Positions 1 to 9,492 of a stretch of DNA of 64,000 bases are shown piece after piece. The translations under genes were made by a program, and so were the position numbers. Below the pieces are notes generated by a model, which was not told where the DNA came from, ran no database searches, and worked only from the letters and a program-made list of their open reading frames with translations. Every line of letters begins with the position of its first letter. The first letter of the stretch is position 1. The DNA is taken from contig CBDBLO010000002.1 of NCBI GenBank assembly GCA_965207075.1, positions 320,001-384,000 on the forward strand, in the 5' to 3' direction. The DNA comes from Nitrosopumilus sp. (GTDB taxonomy: Archaea > Thermoproteota > Nitrososphaeria > Nitrososphaerales > Nitrosopumilaceae).

Positions 1-701
1 CGGTGGGCGCGGCCATACTCATGGGGGTGATCGGCGCATCCATGTCCACTGCCAGCGGTGGATTGCTGGCCATATCAAGCGTCGTGTCGCGCAACCTCGT
101 AAACAGGATAATACGCAGGAGGTGGCTTGGAAAGCCCGGCACAAGCGACCAGAGCCTGCTGTGGATGACGAGGGTCACGCTATTCCCCATGATTGTGGCG
201 GGAACCACGCTGGGATACCTGGTGCCCAACCCCGGGGTCTACCTGGTGCTGGCCTTTGACATCATGTTCGCGGGGGCCTTTGCCCCGCTTACCTTGGGGC
301 TGTTCTGGAAGAAGGCAAACATGCCTGCTGCTGTCGCGTCCCTCCTGATAGCGTCGTTCCTGCGGCTGTCGTTCTTCTTTACCATGCCCGAGGAGTGGGC
401 GGGACTGGACACCATGATCCCGCCGGTCGTCTCGTTCGTGGTGTTCATCACCGTGGCCCTTGCGACCCAGAACCGGTATCCGGGAAAGGCCAGGCACGAC
501 GTGCGCGACTACGTGCCGCCCGAGGAGGACGTGATTGCAGGCGAGGACCTAAGGCACTTTAGGGAAGACTTCATGAGCTCGGGACTCGAGGGCGTGCCGC
601 AGGACTCCGGCGGCGACGGCGGGGAGGACTCCGGCGGCAAGGACGGTGGCGCAAAGGGGGTCGGCAACGTGCCCGGCGGCGTGCCGAGCAAGGGAGCCTG
701 A
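1..701 (+). CDS. Sodium:solute symporter family protein, 5'-truncated (C-terminal part; possibly urea/amide transporter)
   Basis: Open frame from the window edge. Contains 'ASMSTASGGLLAISSVVSRN' and 'PLTLGLFWKKAN', typical of SSS-family C-terminal helices, with several TM segments. Substrate cannot be determined. Confidence 0.75.
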   Translation, partial: VGAAILMGVIGASMSTASGGLLAISSVVSRNLVNRIIRRRWLGKPGTSDQSLLWMTRVTLFPMIVAGTTLGYLVPNPGVYLVLAFDIMFAGAFAPLTLGLFWKKANMPAAVASLLIASFLRLSFFFTMPEEWAGLDTMIPPVVSFVVFITVALATQNRYPGKARHDVRDYVPPEEDVIAGEDLRHFREDFMSSGLEGVPQDSGGDGGEDSGGKDGGAKGVGNVPGGVPSKGA

Positions 702-740
702 AGTTTTTAACCCGTCCGCACCGACGCCGTAATACCGCTA

Positions 741-2585
741 ATGAAGTACCCCGACATATTCAACCCCGACCTGTCGCGCATCGGCGTGCAGGAGTCGCAG
801 ATGTACAACCTGGTTGCCGGCGAGCTCGTAACCCAGACGGTAAGGACGGCGCTCGGGCCGCGCGGCATGATGAAGGTGTACGTCGACATCCTCGGCGAGG
901 ATACCCTGACCGTGCACGGGGGCGCGTTTCTGCGCAAGATTGACGTGGACCACCCGGCCGCCAAGGCCGTCATCGACGCGGTAAACGCGGTGGACAACCA
1001 CGTGGGCGACGGAACCACGACCGCGGCGGTGCTGATCGGGGCCCTGCTCAGGAATGCCAAGGAGATGCGCGCCCTGCGCATCCCGACTGCCAGTATCGTT
1101 GCGGGATACGAGGCGGGGCTGGAGGCCGCGCTGGCGGAGCTGGAGCGCATAAAGTTCGAGGGCAGGGCCTCGGACCGCCGCACCATGCGTGATCTGGCGC
1201 GCTGCTGCATCAGGGGCAAGGCGCTCGGGGAGCTCTGTGAGGGGAGCCGCGTCCGGGATGGCCGGGAGGGTGGCGCCGGAAACGGCACGGGCAATGGCGC
1301 CGGAAGTGGCGACATCGTCGACATGCTGGTACGCGCCGCATACTGCACGTCTGACGTGTCCTCCGGACGCGCCCTTACTGATGATGTCAAGATAGAGGAA
1401 AAGCCCGGCAGCGCGGCGCAGACCGAACTGGTAATGGGGACCGTGATCGACAAGCCCGTGGACAGCGCCGCCATGCCCCGCGCTATACGCGACGCCCGGA
1501 TACTGCTTGTAAGCGAGCCGCTTGAGCGCAGCCGCACCAAGACAGAGTCGGAGATTTCGATGGACTCTCCCGGACAGATGAAGGAGTTCCTGCGGCAGGA
1601 GTCCGAAGACGTGCGCGGCGCGGTGAGCGGGGTGATCGGCAGCGGCGCCAACGTGGTCATATCCCGCAAGGGGATTGACGACGAGGCCCAGGAGCTGCTT
1701 GCAAGGGGCGGCATAATCTCCGTGAGGCGGGTCAAGCACAACGACATATGGTGGCTTGAAAAGGCGACGGGCGCCGTCACATGCACGGACATACGCGACA
1801 TGTCAGGCGCGAGGATGGGGCATGCGGACCTGGTATGCGAGAGGAGCGTGGGCGGGGACAGGATGCTCTTCGTCGAGTCCGGGCGTGACGACGCAAAGTC
1901 CGTGACGCTCCTCCTGCGGGCCAACTCAAAGAGGTACCTGGACGAGTTTCACCGCACCGCGCTCAACGTGCTGCACGTGCTGAGGGATTTCATCGAATGC
2001 CCGTACCTGGTGTACGGGGCGGGCTCGTGCGAGGCCATTCTCGCGCGGCGGGTCAGGGACGAGTCGGGCGTGATGGCAGGGAAGGCGCAGGTCGCGGCCG
2101 CAAGGTTTGCAGACGCGCTCGAGTCGGTTACGATGGCCCTTGCCGAGAACGTCGGGATTGAGCCGCTGGACGCGCTGCCGCTCCTGCGCTCAAAGGTGCA
2201 CGGCGACCGCCGGGGATCGCGTGCTGCAGCAACCCGTAGCTGTGGTAACGCTGGAGGGGCCGGTGACGGGGACAACGGCGCTACCGCCTCCAACCCGCCC
2301 TCGGGCTGGTACGGCGTCGACCACGCCTCCAGAAGCATATGCGACGTCTCCCTCCTGCCCTACAGCGTCATAGAGCCGTATGCCGTAAAGGCCCAGGTCC
2401 TCAAGAGTTCCGTCGAGGCCGCATGCGCCGTCCTGAACGTGGATGACGTCTTTGTCAAGGACTTGATCGACAACACGCACTGCCATATAGACGGCACCGT
2501 GCACGCCCACAAGGATCCTGGCAGGAACCACAACCACTGGGAGCAGGAGGGCCTGGAGCAGCGCCAGATGCATCACTACTATTAG
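741..2585 (+). CDS. Divergent group II chaperonin (thermosome-like) with His/Cys-rich C-terminal tail
   Basis: LGPRGMMK, HPAAK, VGDGTTTA, GTVIDK and LAENVG motifs of the TCP-1/cpn60 family. Tail is NTHCHIDGTVHAHKDPGRNHNHW...MHHYY. Confidence 0.9.
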   Translation: MKYPDIFNPDLSRIGVQESQMYNLVAGELVTQTVRTALGPRGMMKVYVDILGEDTLTVHGGAFLRKIDVDHPAAKAVIDAVNAVDNHVGDGTTTAAVLIGALLRNAKEMRALRIPTASIVAGYEAGLEAALAELERIKFEGRASDRRTMRDLARCCIRGKALGELCEGSRVRDGREGGAGNGTGNGAGSGDIVDMLVRAAYCTSDVSSGRALTDDVKIEEKPGSAAQTELVMGTVIDKPVDSAAMPRAIRDARILLVSEPLERSRTKTESEISMDSPGQMKEFLRQESEDVRGAVSGVIGSGANVVISRKGIDDEAQELLARGGIISVRRVKHNDIWWLEKATGAVTCTDIRDMSGARMGHADLVCERSVGGDRMLFVESGRDDAKSVTLLLRANSKRYLDEFHRTALNVLHVLRDFIECPYLVYGAGSCEAILARRVRDESGVMAGKAQVAAARFADALESVTMALAENVGIEPLDALPLLRSKVHGDRRGSRAAATRSCGNAGGAGDGDNGATASNPPSGWYGVDHASRSICDVSLLPYSVIEPYAVKAQVLKSSVEAACAVLNVDDVFVKDLIDNTHCHIDGTVHAHKDPGRNHNHWEQEGLEQRQMHHYY

Positions 2586-2683
2586 GCCCTGACTGCCCGC
2601 ATTCCTGCCCCGTGTCATGGAGTGGGGGGGGGGGGAGGAGAAGGATTGAACGGTTACCGCGCCGCTATCGTCACCGCTATGGG

Positions 2684-4693
2684 CTACTTTGCTTCCCGCA
2701 GCGCGTCTGCAATGCCGCTTACGATCAGTTCGTTGACCCTCTGTCCGGGGGCCCTGCCCCTGAGCCGCTTCATGGCGATTCCCATGAGGGGCCCCGCCGC
2801 CCGCTCGCCCTGGTTTGAGATCATCTCCATGTTGTCTTGTATTATCCCGCTTACTATCTCCTCAAGCTCGTCTGCGCCGACGCTCTGTATGGACGCCGAC
2901 TTTATGGCGTCTGAGACGGTTCCGGCCTTGGCCGACATTATGGCCTGGAATATCATCTCGACTGACTCCTTGGCAATCTCGTTTTCCCCGAGCATCTCAA
3001 ACGTCTCGCGTATCATCTGATCGTCAAGCCGTCCGACGTCCATGCCCTCCTGCCTGCCCAGCCTCGTTATCGACGAGCAGAGAGCGGATGCCACAAACGT
3101 GGGTTCCACCGCCGCAGTCGCCGCCCGGGAGCCCCGCCCGGACGCAATCTCCTCGAACAGTTCTAGGTATGGCGAGTCCCAGAGCTGCTCTGCAAGCTGC
3201 CTGTTGATGCCGTATGCGTCCTGCAGGTCCGACACCGCCTCGCTCCACGGTTTTGGCACGTCGGCCGCGGCGCGGTCCAGCTCCTCCTGCGTTATGGTAA
3301 TCGTGGGGACGTCAGTCTCCGGGTACATGCGCGCAGAGCCGGGCCGGGGCCTCAGAAACGCGGTCCTGCCGTCGGCCGTGGCAAGCCTGGTGTCGGCCGG
3401 GACGCCGTCCGTTGCAATGCGCCGCACCCTTGAGATTATCTGGTCTATGATGGGGCCCGTCCTGCCGGCCGGGGCCGCCAGCATGATGAACGCGTCCGTG
3501 TCTAGGCTTGCCTGCAGCAGTCCTGCCACCCCGGCCACGTCCCGCTCCGTTATTCCGTACGCCGGAAGCTCGTCGGAGTGGAATATGCCGCCCACCCCGA
3601 ACCGCCTGACGAGCTCCGCTATCTCCTTGCCGAGCCTGACGTCCTCGTGCGGGGAGTATCCGAATATTCCGGCCGCGTTCCTGAACGCGACTGCCATGAT
3701 TGTATGGTTCTGCTTTACGGCCCTCTGGATTATCTTCGATGACGCGGACTGCCTGAATACGCCGGTTACGTCCGCCCTGTCCCGCGACGCGTCGTGTTCC
3801 CACCGGCACTCCCGCAGCCTTGCTGATATGGCAGTCAGCCCGTGCTGCCTGTACGCCTCGTACGACACCACGTCTGCAAGCTGGTCGAGCTGCTGCACCC
3901 CCTTGACCTCCACCACGCTGCCCCCGCCGTCCCTTATGCTCACGTTGACGTCCTGCCTGATGGAGCCCAGGCCGCGCGTCACCATCCTGGTGCCCCGCAG
4001 CATCCTCCCAAGCGACAGGGCCGCGGCCCTCACCGCGTCCGGATCAGACACGGCAAACGGTTCCGTTGCGATCTCGACTAGCGGAACCCCGAGCCTCTCT
4101 AAGCCGTACCCCTTGGCATCCACGCCCGCATGGGCTCCCGCCTCCAGTATCCGTGCGGCGTCCTCCTCCAGGCATATGGACTGGACTCCGATTCTTGCGA
4201 TGCCCGGCGCCCCGCCTTCCAGTCCCTGCTGCGGCGGCGGCAGCGGCACGTCAAACGACCCCCCCTCCGACACCAGCATGGTCCGCTGGAAGCCTGTCGT
4301 GTTTGAGCCGTCCACCACGGTCTTCCTCATGGTGTGGAGCTCTGTGTACGTCCTGGACTTGAGCGCGGACGCGATTGTCAGAGCCGTCCTCTTGGCGTCG
4401 GGATCCAGCCGGTGCGGCGGCTCCTCGTCCTGCTCGACCAGGCAGCTGCTGTTGTAGTTTGCATAGTACGTGATGGTCTTGGCCCTTGCCCCCTCGAAGA
4501 GCGCCGCCGGGTCGTGCCCCCCGACCTCGCCGCTTGATGATCTAAGCCTGCGGCTGAACGTTATGGGGTACGCGTCAGGCTCGGCCGGCGGGCAGCCGCA
4601 GAACAGCTTTTTGCCGGTCGCAAGCTGCTGGTGTATCTCCAGCCCCACCATGACGCCCAGGTCCCCGAGGCTTGGAGTCCCCCGCGCGCTCAC
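2684..4693 (-). CDS. gatE: Glutamyl-tRNA(Gln) amidotransferase subunit E
   Basis: VGLEIHQQL, KTVVDGSNTTGFQRT, GLGSIRQDVNVS, RPRPGSARMYPETD. Overlaps gatD. Confidence 0.97.
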   Translation of the reverse strand: MSARGTPSLGDLGVMVGLEIHQQLATGKKLFCGCPPAEPDAYPITFSRRLRSSSGEVGGHDPAALFEGARAKTITYYANYNSSCLVEQDEEPPHRLDPDAKRTALTIASALKSRTYTELHTMRKTVVDGSNTTGFQRTMLVSEGGSFDVPLPPPQQGLEGGAPGIARIGVQSICLEEDAARILEAGAHAGVDAKGYGLERLGVPLVEIATEPFAVSDPDAVRAAALSLGRMLRGTRMVTRGLGSIRQDVNVSIRDGGGSVVEVKGVQQLDQLADVVSYEAYRQHGLTAISARLRECRWEHDASRDRADVTGVFRQSASSKIIQRAVKQNHTIMAVAFRNAAGIFGYSPHEDVRLGKEIAELVRRFGVGGIFHSDELPAYGITERDVAGVAGLLQASLDTDAFIMLAAPAGRTGPIIDQIISRVRRIATDGVPADTRLATADGRTAFLRPRPGSARMYPETDVPTITITQEELDRAAADVPKPWSEAVSDLQDAYGINRQLAEQLWDSPYLELFEEIASGRGSRAATAAVEPTFVASALCSSITRLGRQEGMDVGRLDDQMIRETFEMLGENEIAKESVEMIFQAIMSAKAGTVSDAIKSASIQSVGADELEEIVSGIIQDNMEMISNQGERAAGPLMGIAMKRLRGRAPGQRVNELIVSGIADALREAK

Positions 4694-6135
4694 CGTGAGG
4701 TCATCTCCGACGCGACGTTCTCAAGCATTATCCTTCTGATTCCCTCCGAGTCCTCCGCCAGCGAGGCGGCCCACATGGCCTTTACCAGGGCGACCTCCGG
4801 TATCATGTCCCCAAGCGGCACCACTCCCATCTCCATCAGATCGCGCCCGCTCTCGTATACTGTCATTGCCGTCCTGCCGTCTATGCACTGCGACGTCATG
4901 CCCATGAACACGCCGCGCTCGCCGGCCCTTGCAACCTGCCCGTACACGGCCCTTCCCACGTGCCCCAGGCCGGTCCCCTCGAATATTATGGCCCTGCATC
5001 CGGAGTCGATTATGTGCCCCAGGTGGGCCGGGTCGTACCCGGGGTGATACTTTACGAGCGCAACCCTCTGGTCGAGCGATATCTTGGGACTGTATTCGGG
5101 GCCAGGACGCGGCCGGCCTGCGCCATCCAAACTGTCTGGGGATATGCCACCGTCGGCAGATACGACAAACGCCGGCCTGCCGCCTATGGTCTCAAAGGCG
5201 TCCCTCCTGCTTGTGTGGTTCTTTCTGACTCTGGTGCCCATGTGGCACGCTATCTCGCCGTCCCCGGAGCCGCCGTGCATTGCGACGTAGACGCCGCCGC
5301 CGTTATGTGAAGCGATGAACCTTGCGGCCCCGATCAGGTTGGTCGCGGCGTCCGACGACGCCCTGTCCGGTGACCTCTGCGCGCCCACCAGAACGACGGG
5401 AATCGGGAGCCCCGCAAGCGCAAACGACAGGAACGCGGACGTGTAGTGCATCGTGTCGGTTCCGTGCGCCACTATGATGCCCGCGTACGGCCTGACGCCT
5501 CCTGCTGATGTGGCGGCGGCGGTACCGGACTTGTTGCCGTCACCCCCCACCGCGGTATCTCCGGCGCCGAGGCCCGCGGCGCGCTCGTCTATACACCGCG
5601 CAAGCGTCAGCCAGTGCTCCGGCATTATGTTCTCAGAATACTCGGATATCACCACCTCCGAGTCTATCTCGGCTATGTCGGCCAGCTCCGGTATGGAGTC
5701 GAGCAGGTCCGAGGCCGACAGCACGGGGGTCACGGCCCCGGTCCTGTAGTCTATCCTGCTCGCTATCGTGCCGCCGGTCGAGAGCAGCAGTATTCTCTTC
5801 TCTCCTGCGCGGTTTCGTGCCGCCGGTCCGGGGGGCTCCGCGGCCGTGCCGCCGCCATTGACACTGCTGTCGCCGCCCCTCCTCCCTATGTCCGTGACGG
5901 CACTGCGCCTGTCCACTGAAATCTCCATTATCCGGTCAACGTTGATGCCCGCATTGTACCCGCTGCTCAGCTTTGCCACGACGTGCGAGTCGTCGTCGTG
6001 CTCGTATCTGGGCATTAGGAGCCCCGCGCGCTTGGTGCCGTCCTTGTAGGTTATGACAACGGAGTCTCCGACCGCGGCGCCCGCGTCGTTCAGCGCCCGC
6101 AGCGCAGCGCCGCGGTATCCGCCCGTATCGTTCAT
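4690..6135 (-). CDS. gatD: Glutamyl-tRNA(Gln) amidotransferase subunit D
   Basis: Asparaginase-like STGGTIASRIDY, HGTDTM, GAQRSPDR, KNHTSRRDAF. ATG at 6135 taken as start. Confidence 0.96.
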   Translation of the reverse strand: MNDTGGYRGAALRALNDAGAAVGDSVVITYKDGTKRAGLLMPRYEHDDDSHVVAKLSSGYNAGINVDRIMEISVDRRSAVTDIGRRGGDSSVNGGGTAAEPPGPAARNRAGEKRILLLSTGGTIASRIDYRTGAVTPVLSASDLLDSIPELADIAEIDSEVVISEYSENIMPEHWLTLARCIDERAAGLGAGDTAVGGDGNKSGTAAATSAGGVRPYAGIIVAHGTDTMHYTSAFLSFALAGLPIPVVLVGAQRSPDRASSDAATNLIGAARFIASHNGGGVYVAMHGGSGDGEIACHMGTRVRKNHTSRRDAFETIGGRPAFVVSADGGISPDSLDGAGRPRPGPEYSPKISLDQRVALVKYHPGYDPAHLGHIIDSGCRAIIFEGTGLGHVGRAVYGQVARAGERGVFMGMTSQCIDGRTAMTVYESGRDLMEMGVVPLGDMIPEVALVKAMWAASLAEDSEGIRRIMLENVASEMTSR

Positions 6136-6167
6136 GGCAGACAAACTGCCCCTGCCATCTTAATTAA

Positions 6168-8354
6168 TTATCTGTAGTAAGAGACGGCCAGCTTCTCGCC
6201 TATCTTCAGGTCCTTCTGCTCCCTGACCTTCTTGACGGCCTCCTCAAAGTGCCGCATCGTAACCCTGGCCTCGGTGCTCTTCTTCTCCACGTCCTTTACG
6301 TCGGGGTAGGCGTCGAGGAACTCGTGTATCACGAGCGAGACTGCCGTGTTTGCGATGGACGCGGTGTCGGCGCCGCTCATGCCGTCTGTCATCTCGGCAA
6401 TCTTGTCAAAGTTGACGTGCTGCGGGTCGTCGGGACTGTCGACGGTCGGGATCTTCTTGGCGTTTATGCGCAGTATGCTCTTGCGGCTCTCCTTGTCGGG
6501 CAGCGGAATCTGTATTATCTTGTCAAACCTTCCTGGCCTCAGCAGGGCGGGGTCTATCATGTCGGCCCTGTTGGTGGCGGCCAGAACCACCACCCCGTGC
6601 ATGTTCTCCATGCCGTCCAGCTCGGTGAGCAGCTGGGAGACGACGCGCTCCGTCACGGCCGTCTCGCCCCCGGCACCCCTGACCGGCGCGATGGAGTCTA
6701 TCTCGTCGAAGAACACCACGCACGGCGCCGACTGGCGCGCGCGCTTGAATATCTCGCGTATGCCGCGCTCGGACTCGCCGACCCACTTTGAGAGCAGCTC
6801 GGGCCCCCTGACCGACACAAAGTTGGCCTCGCTCTGGGTGGCGACGGCCTTTGCAAGCAGCGTCTTTCCGGTCCCGCTGGGCCCGTGCAACAGTATGCCG
6901 CGGGGCATATTGTGCCCAAGCTTGTCGTACAGCCCAGGATACTTCATGGGCCACTCGACTGCCTCCTGCAGGTCCCTCTTTACGTCCTCCAGCCCGCCTA
7001 CCTCTTCCCACTTTACGTCGGGGTTCTCTATGAAGACCTCGCGCATGCCGGACGGCGTGACCTCTATGAGGGCCTTTGTAAAGTCCTCGTGGTTCACCAC
7101 CAGCTTGTCGAGCGTCTCGGGCGGGATCTTCTCCTCCTCCAGGTTCAGTATGGGCAGCAGCCTCCTGAGGCACTTCATTGCGGCCTCCTTGCACAGGTAC
7201 TCGAGGTCCGCGCCGACGTACCCGTGGCTTACCGAGGATATCTTGTCCGTGTTGACGTCGTCGTCAAGCGGCATGTTGCGGCTGTGTATCGCAAGTATGT
7301 CCTTGCGGCCCCTCTTGTCCGGCACCTTGATCTCGATCTCGCGGTCGAACCTGCCGGGCCTCCTCAGGGCCGGGTCTATCGCGTTGGGGCGGTTGGTGGC
7401 GGATATCACTATGACCTTGCCCCGTGCCTCGAGGCCGTCCATGAGGGAGAGCATCTGCGAGACGACCCTGCGCTCCACCTCCCCCGTGACCTCCTCGCGC
7501 TTTGGGGCGATCGAGTCTATCTCGTCTACGAATATTATCGACGGGGCCTTCTCCCTTGCCTCCTTGAATATCTCCCTGAGGCGGGCCTCGCTCTCGCCGT
7601 AGAACTTGCTCATTATCTCGGGCCCCGATATGCTAATGAAGTGTGCGTTGCTCTCGTTTGCGACGGCCTTTGCAAGCAGCGTCTTTCCGGTGCCCGGCGG
7701 GCCGTACAGCAGGACGCCCTTTGGCGCCTCTATGCCGAGCTTTTCGAATATCTCGGGGTGCCTGAGCGGAAGCTCTATCATCTCCCTGACCTTTTTGATC
7801 TCGTCTGTCAGGCCGCCGATGTCCTCGTATGTGACCTGGGGCACGCCGCGGAGGGTCTCGCCCTTTTCTGCTATGGTAAATGTGGTCTTCTGCGTGATCA
7901 GCACCGCGTCGGATCCCGGCGTAACCGATATGACCTGGAACGTCAGCCTGCCGCCAAAGTACGGGACCATCACGTTGTCGCCCTTTATCAGCGGGACGCT
8001 CTCGAGCGCGTCGGCCAGGTACCTCTCGTCGATGGGCGGTATCGACTCCAGCGGGGCCACCACCACCCTCTCGGCCGCGACGGCCTTTATCTTCTTGACC
8101 ATGATGGTGTCGCCTATCGCGATGCCGGAGTTGTTGCGGCCCAGGCCGTCGATCCTTATGATCCCCTTGCCCTCGTCTGACGGGTAGAGCGGAAGGCACT
8201 TTGCGACCGTGCGGCGCTTTCCCTTTATCTCGATTACGTCACCGGTCGAGGCGCCAAGCGTGTCCATCGAGTCGTAGTCTATCCTTGCGACGCCCCTTCC
8301 CACGTCCCTGGTGTACGCCTCCAAAACCTTCAGGGACAGTCCGCTCTGGCTCAT
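6168..8354 (-). CDS. cdc48: CDC48/VCP family AAA+ ATPase
   Basis: N-domain '[11 protein letters not shown]' and two AAA modules ([16 protein letters not shown]; DEIDS; RPGRFD). Confidence 0.97.
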   Translation of the reverse strand: MSQSGLSLKVLEAYTRDVGRGVARIDYDSMDTLGASTGDVIEIKGKRRTVAKCLPLYPSDEGKGIIRIDGLGRNNSGIAIGDTIMVKKIKAVAAERVVVAPLESIPPIDERYLADALESVPLIKGDNVMVPYFGGRLTFQVISVTPGSDAVLITQKTTFTIAEKGETLRGVPQVTYEDIGGLTDEIKKVREMIELPLRHPEIFEKLGIEAPKGVLLYGPPGTGKTLLAKAVANESNAHFISISGPEIMSKFYGESEARLREIFKEAREKAPSIIFVDEIDSIAPKREEVTGEVERRVVSQMLSLMDGLEARGKVIVISATNRPNAIDPALRRPGRFDREIEIKVPDKRGRKDILAIHSRNMPLDDDVNTDKISSVSHGYVGADLEYLCKEAAMKCLRRLLPILNLEEEKIPPETLDKLVVNHEDFTKALIEVTPSGMREVFIENPDVKWEEVGGLEDVKRDLQEAVEWPMKYPGLYDKLGHNMPRGILLHGPSGTGKTLLAKAVATQSEANFVSVRGPELLSKWVGESERGIREIFKRARQSAPCVVFFDEIDSIAPVRGAGGETAVTERVVSQLLTELDGMENMHGVVVLAATNRADMIDPALLRPGRFDKIIQIPLPDKESRKSILRINAKKIPTVDSPDDPQHVNFDKIAEMTDGMSGADTASIANTAVSLVIHEFLDAYPDVKDVEKKSTEARVTMRHFEEAVKKVREQKDLKIGEKLAVSYYR

Positions 8355-8984
8355 GGGTGGAAATGACCCTGCCTACATTTTATACCTTTGTCAGATTGGC
8401 TGCAGGTTGCGGAGCCCAAAAATCGGCCTCCTCCCTCCCGCCAACTGCGACATCGCGTTCTTCACCACCACCACTCACTGTCCGCTCATCCGTGGCAGCC
8501 GTGTTCCTCTCCCCGGTGCCACCTCCTTGCAAATTCCTGCAGGCGCCACCGCGGCCCCTCAGACGACATGTGCGGCCCGTCGGTTGCCACCGCGCGAACA
8601 GGCCCGTGGGATCGAGTGATCTCGCCAGCGGACCTGGATTAGTGGGAAGGGGGAAGGGAAGGGCGGGAAATGACTTGTACTGCATCTCGCGCGCAGTCTT
8701 AGGCCTCCCTTGGCAAGTGCCTTGCTGCAGACGCGGCGTATGCCGGGCTCGGCCGGCAGACTTTGTGTCGGCCGTTACGTGCAGCTTGCCAAACGGCTTT
8801 TCCGCGCGTGCTCGTCCCGTAATGCAATTCTCGCGGATGATGAGGACGGGTCCGGACGGGCCGAGGGCAAGGTCGTACTTTTCCCCGTCACGCGCCGTGC
8901 GGTTCCGGCCGGCTCTTCCCTGACGCCGCTGATGCTCTGTCCCCCTCTATTTTTTGCGTCTTCAAATTCGTAAATGGACGCGTC

Positions 8985-9440
8985 AAGCTTTCAGGATCCC
9001 CCTGCGTAACGGAGTTCGGGCGAGTCGTCGTCTCCAGACGACCTGCTGTACATGCCCCGGTTCTGCCCGCATCCCTGCCGCGTAAGGGACGTGTGACTGC
9101 CGGGGAGACGAGCAGGCCGTTGGTGTAACTCGGAGGGACATGTTCCTGCGGCAGTTGAGACTTCTCGGCTCCCCCTTTTCACGCGGTTCCTGTACGTGTG
9201 CCACAGCGTCTTGTCCATCTTGGCACGTTTCTGTGGCTCCACTGCCACCGCCTCGGCCATGCGGCACGGCCAAGCATCCGGGTATGAGTCCACTTTCAAG
9301 ACGCGCCCAGATCCTAATCGCATGGCCCGATCGTGACGTTTCGCCACTCTAGGCGGGACTGTGCCACACAGCCTGTACACGCTCAGGCCTGTTCCGAGTT
9401 CGTGCCTGAGCGCACCCTGAGTTTTGAAATTTCAGGCACG
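8985..9440 (-). mobile_element. Possible decayed IS200/IS605 (TnpB) remnant
   Basis: Minus-strand translation gives 'GRVLKVDSYPDAWPC...KMDKTLWHTY' and a frameshifted 'REV-N-AARNM'. This loosely resembles the TnpB C-terminal V..VDP..TS..C / KTL..R / DRD.NAA.NI. Inverted repeats lie at 9380-9440. Confidence 0.3.
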
Positions 9441-9492
9441 GTGGCACGCCAACCGATGCTTTTTTATATGCCTCTGGTGACCCTTGTTTAGA

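Noticed and set aside
707-8199. Long antisense or alternate-frame ORFs (707..1924, 3042..4457, 6346..7602, 6885..8180)
   Set aside because: They are shadow ORFs of well-supported genes in high-GC DNA and have no recognisable motifs.
8355-8984. ORFs 8201..8923, 8311..8619 and 8710..8973 in the cdc48 upstream gap
   Set aside because: No motifs and low-complexity Arg/Pro-rich translations. They may be decayed DNA but cannot be supported as genes.
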